Of a DNA stretch of 64,000 nucleotides, positions 49,101 through 61,016 are shown piece after piece. A program made the translations under genes and the position numbers. Source of the DNA: an uncultured Gemmatimonadales bacterium (GTDB lineage Bacteria > Gemmatimonadota > Gemmatimonadetes > Palauibacterales > Palauibacteraceae); assembly GCA_963783385.1 (NCBI GenBank), contig CAWANJ010000006.1, positions 224,001 through 288,000 of the forward strand, in the 5' to 3' direction. Within the stretch, counting starts at the first letter, position 1. Each line of letters starts with the position of its first letter. A model generated the notes under the pieces. It was not told where the DNA came from and did no database searches. It saw only the letters and a list, made by a program, of their open reading frames with translations.

Positions 49101-49320
49101 TGGTCGAGAACTGCTTCTCGAGCGGAGTCGCCACCGCGGCGGCCATGGTCTCCGGGCTGGCGCCGGGCAGGCTGGCGCCCACCGAGATGGTCGGGAAATC
49201 CACGTTCGGGAGGTCGCTCACCGGGAGCATCCGGTAGGCCATGATCCCGAAGATGAGAATGCCCGCCATGACCAGCGTCGTCATGACGGGTCGCTTGATG
49301 AACAGCTCCGAGGGGTTCAT
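46183..49320 (-). CDS. RND efflux permease (MdtB/MdtC-like)
   Basis: FIKRPVMTTL, GFVVDDAIVMLENI, KKNAIMMIDFA, RFRPIMMTT. Confidence 0.93.
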   Translation of the reverse strand: MNPSELFIKRPVMTTLVMAGILIFGIMAYRMLPVSDLPNVDFPTISVGASLPGASPETMAAAVATPLEKQFSTIAGISDMTSTSTQGGTSITLQFDLNRDIDAAAQDVQAAISKTLHQLPTGIIPPSYNKVNPAASPIIYLALTSSSLALSALDEYGETVLGQRISTVPGVAQVSIYGAQKYAVRIQLDPGELASRRIGIDQVAQAVSSGNVNLPTGVLWGSQKAYTVQANGQLSDAQAFRRLIVSYRNGSPVRLQDLGRVLDDVQDNKTAGWYDNTRSIILAIQRQPGTNTVKVAANVRKMLGQLDRQIPASVQVHLLYDRSESIQDSVSDVRFTLLLTLGLVVMVIFLFLRNLSATIIPSLALPISIIGTFAVMYLAGYTLDNLSLMALTLAVGFVVDDAIVMLENIVRHMEMGKEPIRAALDGSREIGFTILSMTLSLTAVFIPILLMGGVIGRLFHEFSVTIMSAILVSGVVSLTLTPMLSSRFLRPPGEQHHGRLYEVTEGIYQRALGLYQRSLDRVMDHRPGTMVFSLAILVGSVLLFLHIPKGFLPAEDTGRIHGTVETLEGTSFQAMLQHQKQVADIVAADPNVRDFMSFVGGGRGTMNQGTVFMHLKPRSDRLGVDEVIKELNRKVAAIPGVRVYFQNPPSIRIGGRGSKSQYQFTLESPDLPTLYRSAQVMEAAMDSLPNLVNVTSDLQISNPQVAVDIDRDRAAALGVSTDQVERALYDAYGSRQVSTILTPSNQYWVVMELLPRFQRDPDALGMLYVRSDSGTMVPLGSVATLKPTLGPLTVSHAGQVPSVTVSFDLGSGTSLGTAVSQIRKLARVRVPSTVNTTFSGTAAAFQSSQQGLLLLLVLAVLVIYLVLGILYESFIHPITILSGLPFAAFGALLTLLVFHVELSVYAYVGIIMLIGLVKKNAIMMIDFALEAERSEGASPRAAILEACSVRFRPIMMTTMAALMATLPIAIGFGAGSESRRPLGLAVVGGLLFSQLITLYVTPVVYTYLDTLQKRLGLWGTEPVPVPAGASGQAHALMAGGEIEAG

Positions 49321-50486
49321 CCGACTCCCGCCTGGCCGCCGCTCCGACTCGCCCGACTCGAGGCGCTGTCGGCGGCCAGCTCGGCCGCGTTGGTGACGTC
49401 GGCGCGCGCTCCCGCGAACAGTCGGAGCTGACCGTCCGTCACCACGACCTCGCCCCCCTCGAGCCCCGACTCGATCACGTCGAGGCTGTCCGCCGAGCGC
49501 TGCACCTTGACGTCGCGGCTGGCGACCGTGGAGTCGGTCGGATTCACGACATACACGTACGTGCCGTTCTGGCCCGACGCCACCGCCGACTGGGGCACGA
49601 CCACGACGTTGCGCTGAACGTCCAGCACGAGCCGCATGTCCAGGTACTCACCGGGCCACAGCCGCTCCTGCTCGTTCGGGAACAGGGCCTTGAGGACCAC
49701 GGTGCCCGTCGACTGGTCGACCGAGTTGTCCACGAAGGTCAGAAGGCCCTCCGCGCGCTCGCCCCCCTCTCCGGAGGGAAGCGCGTACACCACCAGCGAG
49801 TCGTCCCTCTTGGCCAGGAGCTGGGGCAGGTAGCGCTCGGGCGCCGAGAAGCGCACCAGGACTGGCCGGATCTGGTTGATGACCACGAGCGCCTGGCCGC
49901 TGCCGGCCCGGACCAGGTTGCCCCGGTGCACGAGCAGGCTCCCCGTGCGGCCGTCGATCGGAGAGCGGATGGTGGCATACTCCAGGTTGAGACGGGCGCT
50001 GGCCACGGCCGCGGAATCGGACTTGACCGAGGCGCGCAGGGCGGCCGCGTTGGCCTGCGCCTGGTCGAACTGCTGCGAGCTCACGAAGTCCTTCTCGACC
50101 AGCTTCTGGTAACGGGCCGCCTGGAGCTCCGCGTTGCGGGCCTGGGCGATGTCCCGCTGCAGGTTGCCCTCCGCCTGCTCGAGCGCCGCGCGATACGGAC
50201 GCGGATCGAGCTGGAAGAGGATCTGGCCGGTCCGGACCTCGTCTCCCTCCTGGAAGGCCACGCGCTGCACGGTGCCCTCGACGCGCGACAAGACCGAGAC
50301 GGTCTGCAGCGGCTCGACGGTCCCGTTGGCGCGCACTTCGACCGGGACGTCCCGTCGCTCGGCCCGCGCCGCCTTGACCGGCACGGTGGACGGCGCGTTG
50401 GACGGCCCGTGCGAGCACGCGGTCAGCATCGCCGCCATCCCCGCCGCCATCGCCGAGCGGACGGCGGCCACGCGCCTCCGACTCAA
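49317..50486 (-). CDS. RND periplasmic adaptor (MdtA-like)
   Basis: Lipobox LTAC, IRSPIDGRTG, DNSVDQSTGTV, LWPG. Confidence 0.9.
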   Translation of the reverse strand: MSRRRVAAVRSAMAAGMAAMLTACSHGPSNAPSTVPVKAARAERRDVPVEVRANGTVEPLQTVSVLSRVEGTVQRVAFQEGDEVRTGQILFQLDPRPYRAALEQAEGNLQRDIAQARNAELQAARYQKLVEKDFVSSQQFDQAQANAAALRASVKSDSAAVASARLNLEYATIRSPIDGRTGSLLVHRGNLVRAGSGQALVVINQIRPVLVRFSAPERYLPQLLAKRDDSLVVYALPSGEGGERAEGLLTFVDNSVDQSTGTVVLKALFPNEQERLWPGEYLDMRLVLDVQRNVVVVPQSAVASGQNGTYVYVVNPTDSTVASRDVKVQRSADSLDVIESGLEGGEVVVTDGQLRLFAGARADVTNAAELAADSASSRASRSGGQAGVG

Positions 50487-52012
50487 GGGGCCCCCGCCGT
50501 GTCGGGCCGCATCGGAATCGTGCTCCCGCCCTTCAGGTCCAGCAGCCCGGCGTCGTGCGCGAGCTGCGCGAGAGCGCTGTACCAGCTCCATCGCGCGTCG
50601 ATCTCCTGGGCCCGGGCATCGGCCAGGGCACTCTGGGCGGAGAGGAGGTCCAGCAGGCTCCCGACGCCCTCGCGGTACTGCGCGAGCGCCGCCTCTTCCG
50701 ATTGTCGTGCGCTGGCCAGCAGGTCCCCACTGGTCCGCACGCGCTGGGTCGCCGTCTTCAGGTCGTTGTAGGACGCGAACACCTGATACACCACCTGCTG
50801 CGCGAGTCCCTCCGCCCGGGCGTGGCTGGCCCTGGCCGCGGCCTGTGCCGCCTGGAGGTCGTAGTGGCGCGAGAAGCCCGAGAACAGCGGAATCTGGATC
50901 GCGAGGCTCCCCGAGTAGCTGCCCCGTCCCCCGGCCGTGTTGGCGAAGTACGTCTCCGCCGCCTGGCCGCTCGCCACGATCCTGGGGAGGAGCGCGCCCC
51001 GCGCCTGGGCCACCCCCGCGTCGGCCGCCTCGGCCTGCGCCCGTGCCGCCGCCAGGTCGGGCCGGTCACGAAGCGCACGATCGATGAGGCTGTCCACGGA
51101 CGCGGCCACCTGGAGGGGCGGCGCGCTCCCCGGCGAGCGGCGCACGTCGTAGCTCACGTTGGCCGGCAGGCCCATGGCCACGGCGAGGGCGCCCCGCGTG
51201 GTGGCCACCTGGCCCTGCGTCGTCTCGAGCACGAGCTGGGCCTGCGAGACCGCCGTCCGGGCCTTGAGGGTATCCGCCATCGTGGCGACTCCCACCGCGT
51301 GCCGCTCCCGGGCCGCTTCCAGGTTGCGGTGGGCCTCCTGCAGGGAGGTCCGCTGGGCGTCCAGGAGCGCCCGCGTCGCCAGGTACTGGAAGTAGGCGGA
51401 CTCGACCTGAAGCACGACGTTCTGGATGGCGGCGTTGTGGGTCCAGTCCGCGGCCAGGAGAGCGTTCCGAGCCCGGCCGATCCTCCCCGACCGGCCTCCG
51501 AAGTCCAGCAGCGTCCACGACAGGGTCGCGCTGGGCCCGTAGATCGTCTGCCGGACCGCGCTGCGACCCTGGGAAGCGGCCGTCTTGAGGGTGTTCACGT
51601 CCACCTGCCCGTCCACCGTGGGCAGCCAGGCCCCACGCGCCGACCCATAGGCGTACGCCGCGGCGCGCGCCGACTCCCAGGAGGCACGCGTGGTCGTGTT
51701 GCTCCCGAGGGCGATGTCGATCACATCCGTGAGGGCGAGGCTGTCGGCGCCCGACCGGAGGTCCGCCGGCAGCGTGGCCGGGGGAGGACCGGTCCGGCGC
51801 GCGGTGTCGCGGACCGGTGGTACCCAGAAGGAGCTGGGCGACTCGGCCGTGCCCTGCACGCCTCCTACCCCGGGCGTGGCCATGCATCCCACCGCCAGGA
51901 GCGCGATGCCGGCCCACAGCGCCGAGCGACCGGCGAGCGGAGGGGCGACGAGCTTCGGATTCTCCGGGGCCGCCCGCCCGGCCCGACCACGACCTCGCAC
52001 CGCAGACCTCAT
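50483..52012 (-). CDS. TolC-family outer membrane factor
   Basis: Lipobox AVGC, two OEP repeats, RPDL, YREGVGSLLDLLSAQ. Confidence 0.88.
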   Translation of the reverse strand: MRSAVRGRGRAGRAAPENPKLVAPPLAGRSALWAGIALLAVGCMATPGVGGVQGTAESPSSFWVPPVRDTARRTGPPPATLPADLRSGADSLALTDVIDIALGSNTTTRASWESARAAAYAYGSARGAWLPTVDGQVDVNTLKTAASQGRSAVRQTIYGPSATLSWTLLDFGGRSGRIGRARNALLAADWTHNAAIQNVVLQVESAYFQYLATRALLDAQRTSLQEAHRNLEAARERHAVGVATMADTLKARTAVSQAQLVLETTQGQVATTRGALAVAMGLPANVSYDVRRSPGSAPPLQVAASVDSLIDRALRDRPDLAAARAQAEAADAGVAQARGALLPRIVASGQAAETYFANTAGGRGSYSGSLAIQIPLFSGFSRHYDLQAAQAAARASHARAEGLAQQVVYQVFASYNDLKTATQRVRTSGDLLASARQSEEAALAQYREGVGSLLDLLSAQSALADARAQEIDARWSWYSALAQLAHDAGLLDLKGGSTIPMRPDTAGAP

Positions 52013-52096
52013 CCTTCTCCAGGTGAAGCGACCCGCCCAGCGTACCGACGCCCCGGGGGACGTGTTCCTTGATAACACGGGGAGGGGGGGCGGTGC

Positions 52097-53821
52097 TTAG
52101 GAGGCCGCGCCCCGCCACGCGTCGCAGCGCGCTCGCTCGGCCAGCGCCGCCTCGATCTCCCGCGACCGGCGTCCATCGTCCCAGCCCAGCTCGTCGCCCA
52201 CCAGGCGTGCGGTGAGACGGAAGGCCTCCTCGAGCCCCTCCGCGGTCTCCAGCGCGAGGCGCGTGCGCCGGAACACGACATCCTCCAGGTGGACCACCAT
52301 CTCCTCGCGCGCGGCGTACACGGCTTCCGCCGCCAGGTACGGCAGGTCCTCGGCCAGTGGTTCCCGCAGGGCCGGGCGCCCGGCCAGCAGCGTCAGGACC
52401 TGGCGGGCCCGCGTGCCATAGGCGGCCGCCAGCCGATCCACGGAGGAGGGAGGAAGATGATAGGGAGCCGCGAGGGCGGCGATCGCCTCTCGCAAGAGGT
52501 CGAGGTCCTGGAAGTCACCGCCGGGAAGCGGCACGCGCGCCGTGTCGCAGTCGCGCGCCGGCGGGGCGTCGAATCGCTCCTCGAGCAGGGCGGCGGCGCG
52601 ATCGACCAGCTTCTCCGCCATGTTTCGGTGGGACGTCAGCTTCCCGCCGGCGATGGTGAGCAGGCCGGGCGGCGCCTCCCGTATCTCGAAGTCCCTCGAT
52701 ACGGCGTCTTCGTCGGCCGCGTTGCCTTCCGCGACCAGAGGTCGGAGGCCCGCCCAGGCGCCCACCACGTCCGCGGTCCGCAGCTCCGCCCCGGGGAACA
52801 GCCGGTTGGCCGACTCGAGGAGGTAGGCCACGTCGTCGGCGGTGGGTCGGACCGTCGCGGGGTCGCCGTCGAAATCCACGTCCGTGGTCCCGATGATGGT
52901 CAGGTCGCTTCCCCAGGGAAGGACGAACATGATGCGGCGGTCGACCGGGGACTCGAAGATGAGGGCGTGCCTGTGGTCCAGGCGCGCCCGGTGCACGTGG
53001 ATGTGCGTCCCCCGCGTGGGCCGGAGGAGCGGATGTCCGTCGACCCCGGCCAGCGAGCGCGTGCGGTCGGTCCACGGGCCCGTCGCGTTGATCACCAACC
53101 GGGCCGGGATGGTCCAGGCGTCCGCCGTCTCCGTGCCGCGCGCCCGCGTGCCGAGGTCGCCGGACGCTGGATCGGCCGCGGAGGTCCGGCCCGCCGCCCC
53201 GGCCACCCGCACGCCCTGGACGACGCCATCTCGCTGCTCGACCCCCACCGCCGGCAGCCGGTTGGCGACCACGGCCCCGGACTCCGCGGCCCCGAGCACC
53301 GTGGCGAGGACGAGTCGCGCGTCGTCGACCTGGGCGTCGAAGTAGCGAGCCCCTCCCAGGAGCCCCTGTCGCCGCAGCTGCGGCTCGCGCTCGGCCACCT
53401 CGTCGGCATCGAGCATCTGGTGGCGCTCGATGTTCCGGAACAACGCCAGCGCATCGTAGAGCCACATGCCGGCATCGAGCTTGAGCTTGCCGACGCGGCC
53501 GTCCTCGTACAGGGGAAAGAGGAACTCCAGGGGCCGAACCATGTGCGGGGCCAGGTGGAGCAGGGTGCGCCGCTCCTGGCTGGCCTCGAACACCAGGTCG
53601 AGCTCCAGCTGCTCCAGGTAGCGGAGGCCCCCGTGCACCAGGCGGGACGAGCGGCTGCTGGTGCCCTCCCCGAAGTCCCGGGCCTCCACGAGGGCCGTAC
53701 GGTACCCGCGACGGGCGGCGTCCCGCGCCGTGGCGGCGCCGGTGATGCCGCCGCCGATCACCACGATGTCGAAGCGCTCCTCGCGGAGTCTCGCCAGACG
53801 CCCTACCCTCCCGGCGGTCAC
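52097..53821 (-). CDS. glpD: FAD-dependent glycerol-3-phosphate dehydrogenase
   Basis: IGGGITG, GTSSRSSRLVHGGLRYLE, DDARL, GTTD, AGLRPL, GGKLT. Confidence 0.9.
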   Translation of the reverse strand: MTAGRVGRLARLREERFDIVVIGGGITGAATARDAARRGYRTALVEARDFGEGTSSRSSRLVHGGLRYLEQLELDLVFEASQERRTLLHLAPHMVRPLEFLFPLYEDGRVGKLKLDAGMWLYDALALFRNIERHQMLDADEVAEREPQLRRQGLLGGARYFDAQVDDARLVLATVLGAAESGAVVANRLPAVGVEQRDGVVQGVRVAGAAGRTSAADPASGDLGTRARGTETADAWTIPARLVINATGPWTDRTRSLAGVDGHPLLRPTRGTHIHVHRARLDHRHALIFESPVDRRIMFVLPWGSDLTIIGTTDVDFDGDPATVRPTADDVAYLLESANRLFPGAELRTADVVGAWAGLRPLVAEGNAADEDAVSRDFEIREAPPGLLTIAGGKLTSHRNMAEKLVDRAAALLEERFDAPPARDCDTARVPLPGGDFQDLDLLREAIAALAAPYHLPPSSVDRLAAAYGTRARQVLTLLAGRPALREPLAEDLPYLAAEAVYAAREEMVVHLEDVVFRRTRLALETAEGLEEAFRLTARLVGDELGWDDGRRSREIEAALAERARCDAWRGAAS

Positions 53822-54846
53822 GGGAGGAGCACGATCTTTCCGAAGCCCTCGCCTGCCTCGAGTCGCGCGTGGGCATCGGCGATCCGGTCCAGCGGCCACA
53901 CCACGTCCACCACGGGGCGCAGGCGGCCGGAGAACACCAGGTCCATGACCCTCTCGAACTCGGCGCGGCTCGCCATGGTGGAGCCGATGATGCGGATCTG
54001 CTTCCAGAACAACCGCCGGATGTCCTGGCAACCCTCCGGGCCCGTGGTGGCCCCGTACGTCACCAGGCGGCCGTCGCGGGCCAGCGCCCGGACGCAATCC
54101 GCCCACACGGCCGCGCCCACGCTGTCGAGCACCACGTCCACGCCGCGCCGGTCCGTGGCCTCGAACGCCGCGCGGGAGAAGTCCTCCTCCAGTCGGTCGA
54201 TGGCCAGATCGGCGCCCAGCTCGACGACCCGCTCCACCTTCTCGGGCCCGCTGGTCACGGCGAGGACCCGCGCGCCGCACAGCGCGGCGATCTGAATCGC
54301 GGCCGTGGACACTCCCCCGGAGCCGCCCGTGACCAGCACGGTCTCGCCGGGCGCGAGCCGGGCTCGCGACACGAGGGCGCGCCAGGCGGTCTGGAACACC
54401 AGGGGCACGGCCGCCGCCGCCTCGAACGGGAATCCCTCCGGGAGGGGATACAGGCTGACGGCCGGCACGCGGACCTTTTCGGCCAGGCCGCCCTGGACGT
54501 GCTCACCCAGGATCCTGAAGTGCTCGCACAGGCTGTTCTCCCCCCGCACGCACCACTCGCACCGCCCGCACCACTGCCCCGGGTTGACGACCACTCGGTC
54601 GCCCGCCGTCCAGCCCTCCACGCCCTCCCCGACCAATGCGACCGTTCCTGCCACGTCGGCGCCGCCCACGTGCGGCAGCTCCAGCTCGAGGCCCGGAAGA
54701 CCCCGGCGCACCCACAGGTCGAGGTGATTGAGGGCAACCGCGCGAACGTCGACCACGACCTCCCCGCGCCGTGGCTCCGGGTCGGGAAGCTCCCCGATCT
54801 CCAGGACCTCGGGTCCGCCGTGCTCGCGCATGAGGGCCGCTCTCAT
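53818..54846 (-). CDS. Zinc-binding alcohol dehydrogenase/quinone reductase (MDR family)
   Basis: LNHLD, CGRCEWC...C, GGSGGV, YGATTG. Confidence 0.88.
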   Translation of the reverse strand: MRAALMREHGGPEVLEIGELPDPEPRRGEVVVDVRAVALNHLDLWVRRGLPGLELELPHVGGADVAGTVALVGEGVEGWTAGDRVVVNPGQWCGRCEWCVRGENSLCEHFRILGEHVQGGLAEKVRVPAVSLYPLPEGFPFEAAAAVPLVFQTAWRALVSRARLAPGETVLVTGGSGGVSTAAIQIAALCGARVLAVTSGPEKVERVVELGADLAIDRLEEDFSRAAFEATDRRGVDVVLDSVGAAVWADCVRALARDGRLVTYGATTGPEGCQDIRRLFWKQIRIIGSTMASRAEFERVMDLVFSGRLRPVVDVVWPLDRIADAHARLEAGEGFGKIVLLP

Positions 54847-54947
54847 GGTGCCTCCGGTGTGGACGTGCGGGTGAGCGCCGCGGACGGCGTGGCGCCGGGG
54901 CTTTCGCTCCGGGCTCCCTGCGAATATGGTGCCGTCCAGGACGCCAC

Positions 54948-55006
54948 TTGAAATTCAGTCTCAACTCGGGTACGTTCCTAGGCCCGTAACGATAACGGTT
55001 ATCGTT
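54948..55006 (+). promoter_or_regulatory. suf promoter with two Fur/PerR-like inverted repeats
   Basis: TTGAAA-17 bp-TACGTT; imperfect TTGAAATT-C-AGTCTCAA over the -35; perfect AACGATAAC-G-GTTATCGTT at 54988..55006. Confidence 0.65.
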
Positions 55007-55084
55007 TCGAGTCGGCCCGCGCCCGGCGGGGCCGGTCGCGGAACGCGCGCCGGATCGAATTCAGGACGAGACACGGAGAGCGGT

Positions 55085-55861
<777 letters not shown>

Positions 55862-55940
55862 GCGACGCCCGGCGCGGGCCGAACGGGGCCCCGCCCGCGG
55901 CGTAGGATGAACGGAGCGCAAGAGCAGCAGCGGAGGACAC

Positions 55941-57350
<1,410 letters not shown>

Positions 57351-57404
57351 GCCGCACGACCGACCACGCCGGGCCCCGGCGCCCGGTTCACGGACACGGG
57401 GAGA

Positions 57405-58775
57405 GTGCCTGACGTGGCGGATGGAGTGACGACGGCCCGGGTGGCCGGAGACACCGAAGCCGGGGCCGCCGGGAGCCGCCTCGCGGACTTCCTGGAGACG
57501 CTGGACGAGCCCGCGACGCTGCTGGAGCGGCGGCGACGGGCATGGGAGCGCTACGCGGAGCTCCCCATGCCGACCCGCAAGTCGGAGGAGTGGCGCTACA
57601 CCGACCTGTCGGGTCTGGACCCGGAGTCCTACGAGCCCTTCGCGCCCGAATCGGGCGAGGAGGAGAGCCGGGACGCCGGGGACCTCCCCGAGCAGGCCGC
57701 GCGGCTGCTGGAGGGCATGGAAGCCCGCGGCGCCGTGGCCGTGCGCGTGGACGGACGTACCCTGCACCGCCGGCTGGACCCGGCCCTCGCCGAACGTGGC
57801 GTCCTGTTCGCCCCCATCCGCCGGGTGGCGCGCGAGCGACCCGAGCTCCTGGCCGAGCGGCTCTACACCAGCGACGTGGCTCCCATGGAGGAGAAGCTGT
57901 GGTCGCTGCACGTGGCCATGCTCACCGGCGGCGACGTCCTGTACGTGCCGGACGGAGTCCGGGTGCCGGAGCCGGTGCACGTACTGCGCTGGGCCGGCGA
58001 GGGGGACCGTCTCCTCTCCACCCACACGCTGGTGGTGACGGGCCGGGAGGCGGAGGTGACCTGGGTGGAGGAGTACCTGTCCCCGGACCTGGAGCGCCCG
58101 CTCCTCAGCCTGAGCGGGCTGGAGGTGTTCGCCGGGGACGGAGCCACCGTCCGCTACCTGGCGTTGCAGCGTTACGGGCGGGGCGTGAAGCACTTCAGCG
58201 TGCAGCATCTGCTGGCGGGCCGCGACACGCGGCTGAGTGGGCTCAACGTGAACCTGGGCGGCGACCTGGCCCGGGACGACGTGACCAGCCACCTGGAAGG
58301 CCCCGGGAGCGAGAGCGAGATGCTCGCCCTGTGGTTCGGGGACGGAGAGCAGCACTTCGACCACCACACGCTGCAGCACCACGCGGCCCCGCACGCCTCC
58401 AGCGACCTGCTCTACAAGGGCGCGCTCACCGACTCGGCCCGCAGCATCTTCCGAGGCCTCATCCGAGTCGATCGGGGCGCGCAGCTCACCGATGCCTACC
58501 AGACCAACCGTAACCTGCTCCTCAGCGAGCACTGTCACGCCACCACGCTCCCCAACCTGGAGATCGAGGCGGACGACGTGCGCTGCTCCCACGGCGCGAC
58601 GGTCGGCCAGGTGGACGAGGGCATGCTGTTCTACCTGATGAGCCGCGGTCTCACGCGGCGCACGGCGGAGCGCCTCCTGGTGTTCGGGTTCTTCGACGAG
58701 GTCCTCGAGCGCGTCCCGGTCGAGGGCATCCGGGAGCGCCTGCGCGACGCCATCGGCTCCAAGATCGGGATCTGA
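57405..58775 (+). CDS. sufD: Fe-S cluster assembly protein SufD
   Basis: EEWRYTD, PNLEIEADDVRCSHGATVG, FYLMSRG; start uncertain. Confidence 0.93.
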   Translation: MPDVADGVTTARVAGDTEAGAAGSRLADFLETLDEPATLLERRRRAWERYAELPMPTRKSEEWRYTDLSGLDPESYEPFAPESGEEESRDAGDLPEQAARLLEGMEARGAVAVRVDGRTLHRRLDPALAERGVLFAPIRRVARERPELLAERLYTSDVAPMEEKLWSLHVAMLTGGDVLYVPDGVRVPEPVHVLRWAGEGDRLLSTHTLVVTGREAEVTWVEEYLSPDLERPLLSLSGLEVFAGDGATVRYLALQRYGRGVKHFSVQHLLAGRDTRLSGLNVNLGGDLARDDVTSHLEGPGSESEMLALWFGDGEQHFDHHTLQHHAAPHASSDLLYKGALTDSARSIFRGLIRVDRGAQLTDAYQTNRNLLLSEHCHATTLPNLEIEADDVRCSHGATVGQVDEGMLFYLMSRGLTRRTAERLLVFGFFDEVLERVPVEGIRERLRDAIGSKIGI

Positions 58776-58784
58776 GGGAACGGG

Positions 58785-59102
58785 ATGGGCGAGGGGGAGT
58801 TCTACGACGTGGCGCGACTGGACGAGATCCCGGCCACGGGGCTCAAGGGCGTGGCGGTGGACGAGCAGAAGATCGTGCTGGTGCGCCAGGGCGACCAGGT
58901 GTACGCGCTGGAGGACCGGTGTTCGCACGAGGAGTTCGCGCTCTCCGACGGTGAGATGGTGGCCGGCCAGATCGAGTGCGCGCTGCACGGCGCGCGCTTC
59001 GACCCGGCCACCGGGGCTCCCAAGGCCTTGCCGGCGGTCAAGCCGGTCAAGACGTTCGAGTGTCGGGTGGAGGGCGACGTAGTGCAGGTCCGGATCGATT
59101 GA
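58785..59102 (+). CDS. Rieske-type ferredoxin
   Basis: CSH...CALHGARFD. Confidence 0.9.
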   Translation: MGEGEFYDVARLDEIPATGLKGVAVDEQKIVLVRQGDQVYALEDRCSHEEFALSDGEMVAGQIECALHGARFDPATGAPKALPAVKPVKTFECRVEGDVVQVRID

Positions 59103-59157
59103 GAGGAGCGTAGAGACGAGGCGGAGGTCGGCCCCCGCGGCCGAGGACTCCGAGCCC

Positions 59158-60432
59158 ATGATCACTACGGATGTCGCCGCGAGCCCAGCTCCCCTGGACG
59201 TGGGGAGGATCCGGGAGGATTTCCCGATCCTGAACCAGCGCGTCCACGGGCGCCCCCTCGTCTACCTGGACAGCGCCGCTTCCTCGCAGAAGCCCGAGCG
59301 CGTCATCGAGGCGGTGTCCCGCTACTACCGGCACGACCACGCCAACGTGCACCGGGGCGTGCACGCGCTCAGCGTGCGGGCCACCGACGCCTACGAGGGG
59401 GCCCGGGCCACGGTCGCCGCGCACATCGGGGCCGGGGACGCGTCCGAGGTCGTGTTCGTGCGCGGCACCACCGAGGCCATCAACCTGGTGGCCTCGGCAT
59501 GGGGCCCTTCCGCCCTCTCCGAGGGGGACGAGATCCTCCTCACCAAGATGGAGCACCACTCGAACCTGGTGCCGTGGCAGCTCCTGGCCGAGCGCACCGG
59601 CGCGGTCCTCCGCTTCGCCGACGTGACGCCGGAGGGGGAGCTGGACCTGGAGGGCCTGGAGCGCCTGCTCGGGCCGCGCACCCGGATGGTGGCGGTCACG
59701 CACGTCTCCAACACGCTCGGGGTCGTGAACCCGGTGGAGCGGATCGCCGGACTGGCACACGAGGTCGGGGCGCTCTGCCTGGTCGACGGAGCCCAGGCGG
59801 CGCCCCACCTGCCGATCGACGTGGAGGAGCTGGGCTGCGACTTCTACGCGTTCAGCGGCCACAAGATGTGCGGACCGACCGGCATCGGCGTCCTGTGGGG
59901 GCGAACCGAGCTGCTCGCGGCCATGCCACCCTACCAGGGCGGAGGCGAGATGATCGCCTCCGTGCGGCTGGAGGGGTCCACGTGGGCCGCGGTCCCCCAC
60001 AAGTTCGAGGCGGGCACGCCCCACATCGCCGGGGCGGTGGGCCTGGGGGAGGCGATCCGCTACCTGGACGACATCGGACTGGACCGGATCCATGCTCACG
60101 AGGCGTCGCTGACGGCCTACGCCATCGAGCGGCTCGACGCGATCGACGGGCTCCGACTGTACGGACCCCGCTCCGGCCGCATGGGCGTGCTGTCCTTCGA
60201 GTACGGCGATATCCACGCGCACGACCTGGCCACGATCCTGGACCACCAGGGGATCGCCATCCGCGCGGGGCATCACTGCAACCAGCCCCTGATGGAGCAC
60301 CTGGGGGTCAGCGCGACGGCCCGGGCCAGCCTCTACCTGTACAACACGCGCGACGAGATCGACGCGTTGATCGACGGTCTGCGCGTGGCGGCGGAGATGT
60401 TCGGCGGCGTGGGCGAAGCGCCGCGGACCTGA
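59158..60432 (+). CDS. sufS: Cysteine desulfurase
   Basis: YLDSAASSQKP, EHHSN, SGHKM, RAGHHCNQP. Confidence 0.95.
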   Translation: MITTDVAASPAPLDVGRIREDFPILNQRVHGRPLVYLDSAASSQKPERVIEAVSRYYRHDHANVHRGVHALSVRATDAYEGARATVAAHIGAGDASEVVFVRGTTEAINLVASAWGPSALSEGDEILLTKMEHHSNLVPWQLLAERTGAVLRFADVTPEGELDLEGLERLLGPRTRMVAVTHVSNTLGVVNPVERIAGLAHEVGALCLVDGAQAAPHLPIDVEELGCDFYAFSGHKMCGPTGIGVLWGRTELLAAMPPYQGGGEMIASVRLEGSTWAAVPHKFEAGTPHIAGAVGLGEAIRYLDDIGLDRIHAHEASLTAYAIERLDAIDGLRLYGPRSGRMGVLSFEYGDIHAHDLATILDHQGIAIRAGHHCNQPLMEHLGVSATARASLYLYNTRDEIDALIDGLRVAAEMFGGVGEAPRT

Positions 60433-60461
60433 CCCTCCTTCTTCCCGAGCGAAACCTCCCG

Positions 60462-60968
60462 ATGAGCGACTCCGAATCCAAGCGTGCCCCGGACCGGGCC
60501 ATCCCCGAATCCCTCAGCTCCCTGTACCAGGAAGTCATCCTGGACCACTACCGGCGACCCCGGAACAAGGGACCGCTGGAGGGGGCGACTCACTCGATCA
60601 CCATGAACAACCCGCTGTGCGGAGACGTCATCGAGCTCCAGCTCGAGGTGACGGGGGACCGAATCGACCGGGCGCGCTTCGAGGGGCGCGGCTGTTCGAT
60701 CAGCCAGGCCGCGGCCTCGATGATGACCCGCGAGCTCGAGGGGCGCAGCCTGGACGAGGCCCTGGAGCTGGCCGGCAAGTTCACCCGGCTCATGCACGGC
60801 GAGCCCGGCCTCTCCGAGGACGCCGACCTCGGAGACCTGCGGGCCCTCGCTGGCGTGGCGCGCTTCCCCGTCCGGATCAAGTGCGCCCTCCTGGGATTCA
60901 ACTGCCTGGAGGAGATGCTCGGCGCGGAAGGCGTCGGACCCCGGGGCCCGGCGGACAGCGGCGCCTAG
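60462..60968 (+). CDS. sufU: SUF system NifU-family protein
   Basis: LYQEVILDHY, NPLCGD, GCSISQA, RIKCALL. Confidence 0.93.
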   Translation: MSDSESKRAPDRAIPESLSSLYQEVILDHYRRPRNKGPLEGATHSITMNNPLCGDVIELQLEVTGDRIDRARFEGRGCSISQAAASMMTRELEGRSLDEALELAGKFTRLMHGEPGLSEDADLGDLRALAGVARFPVRIKCALLGFNCLEEMLGAEGVGPRGPADSGA

Positions 60969-61016
60969 GCCTCCGGTGCGCCCCCCCACCGGTCCGCACG
61001 GAGGGCGCGTGCCCCG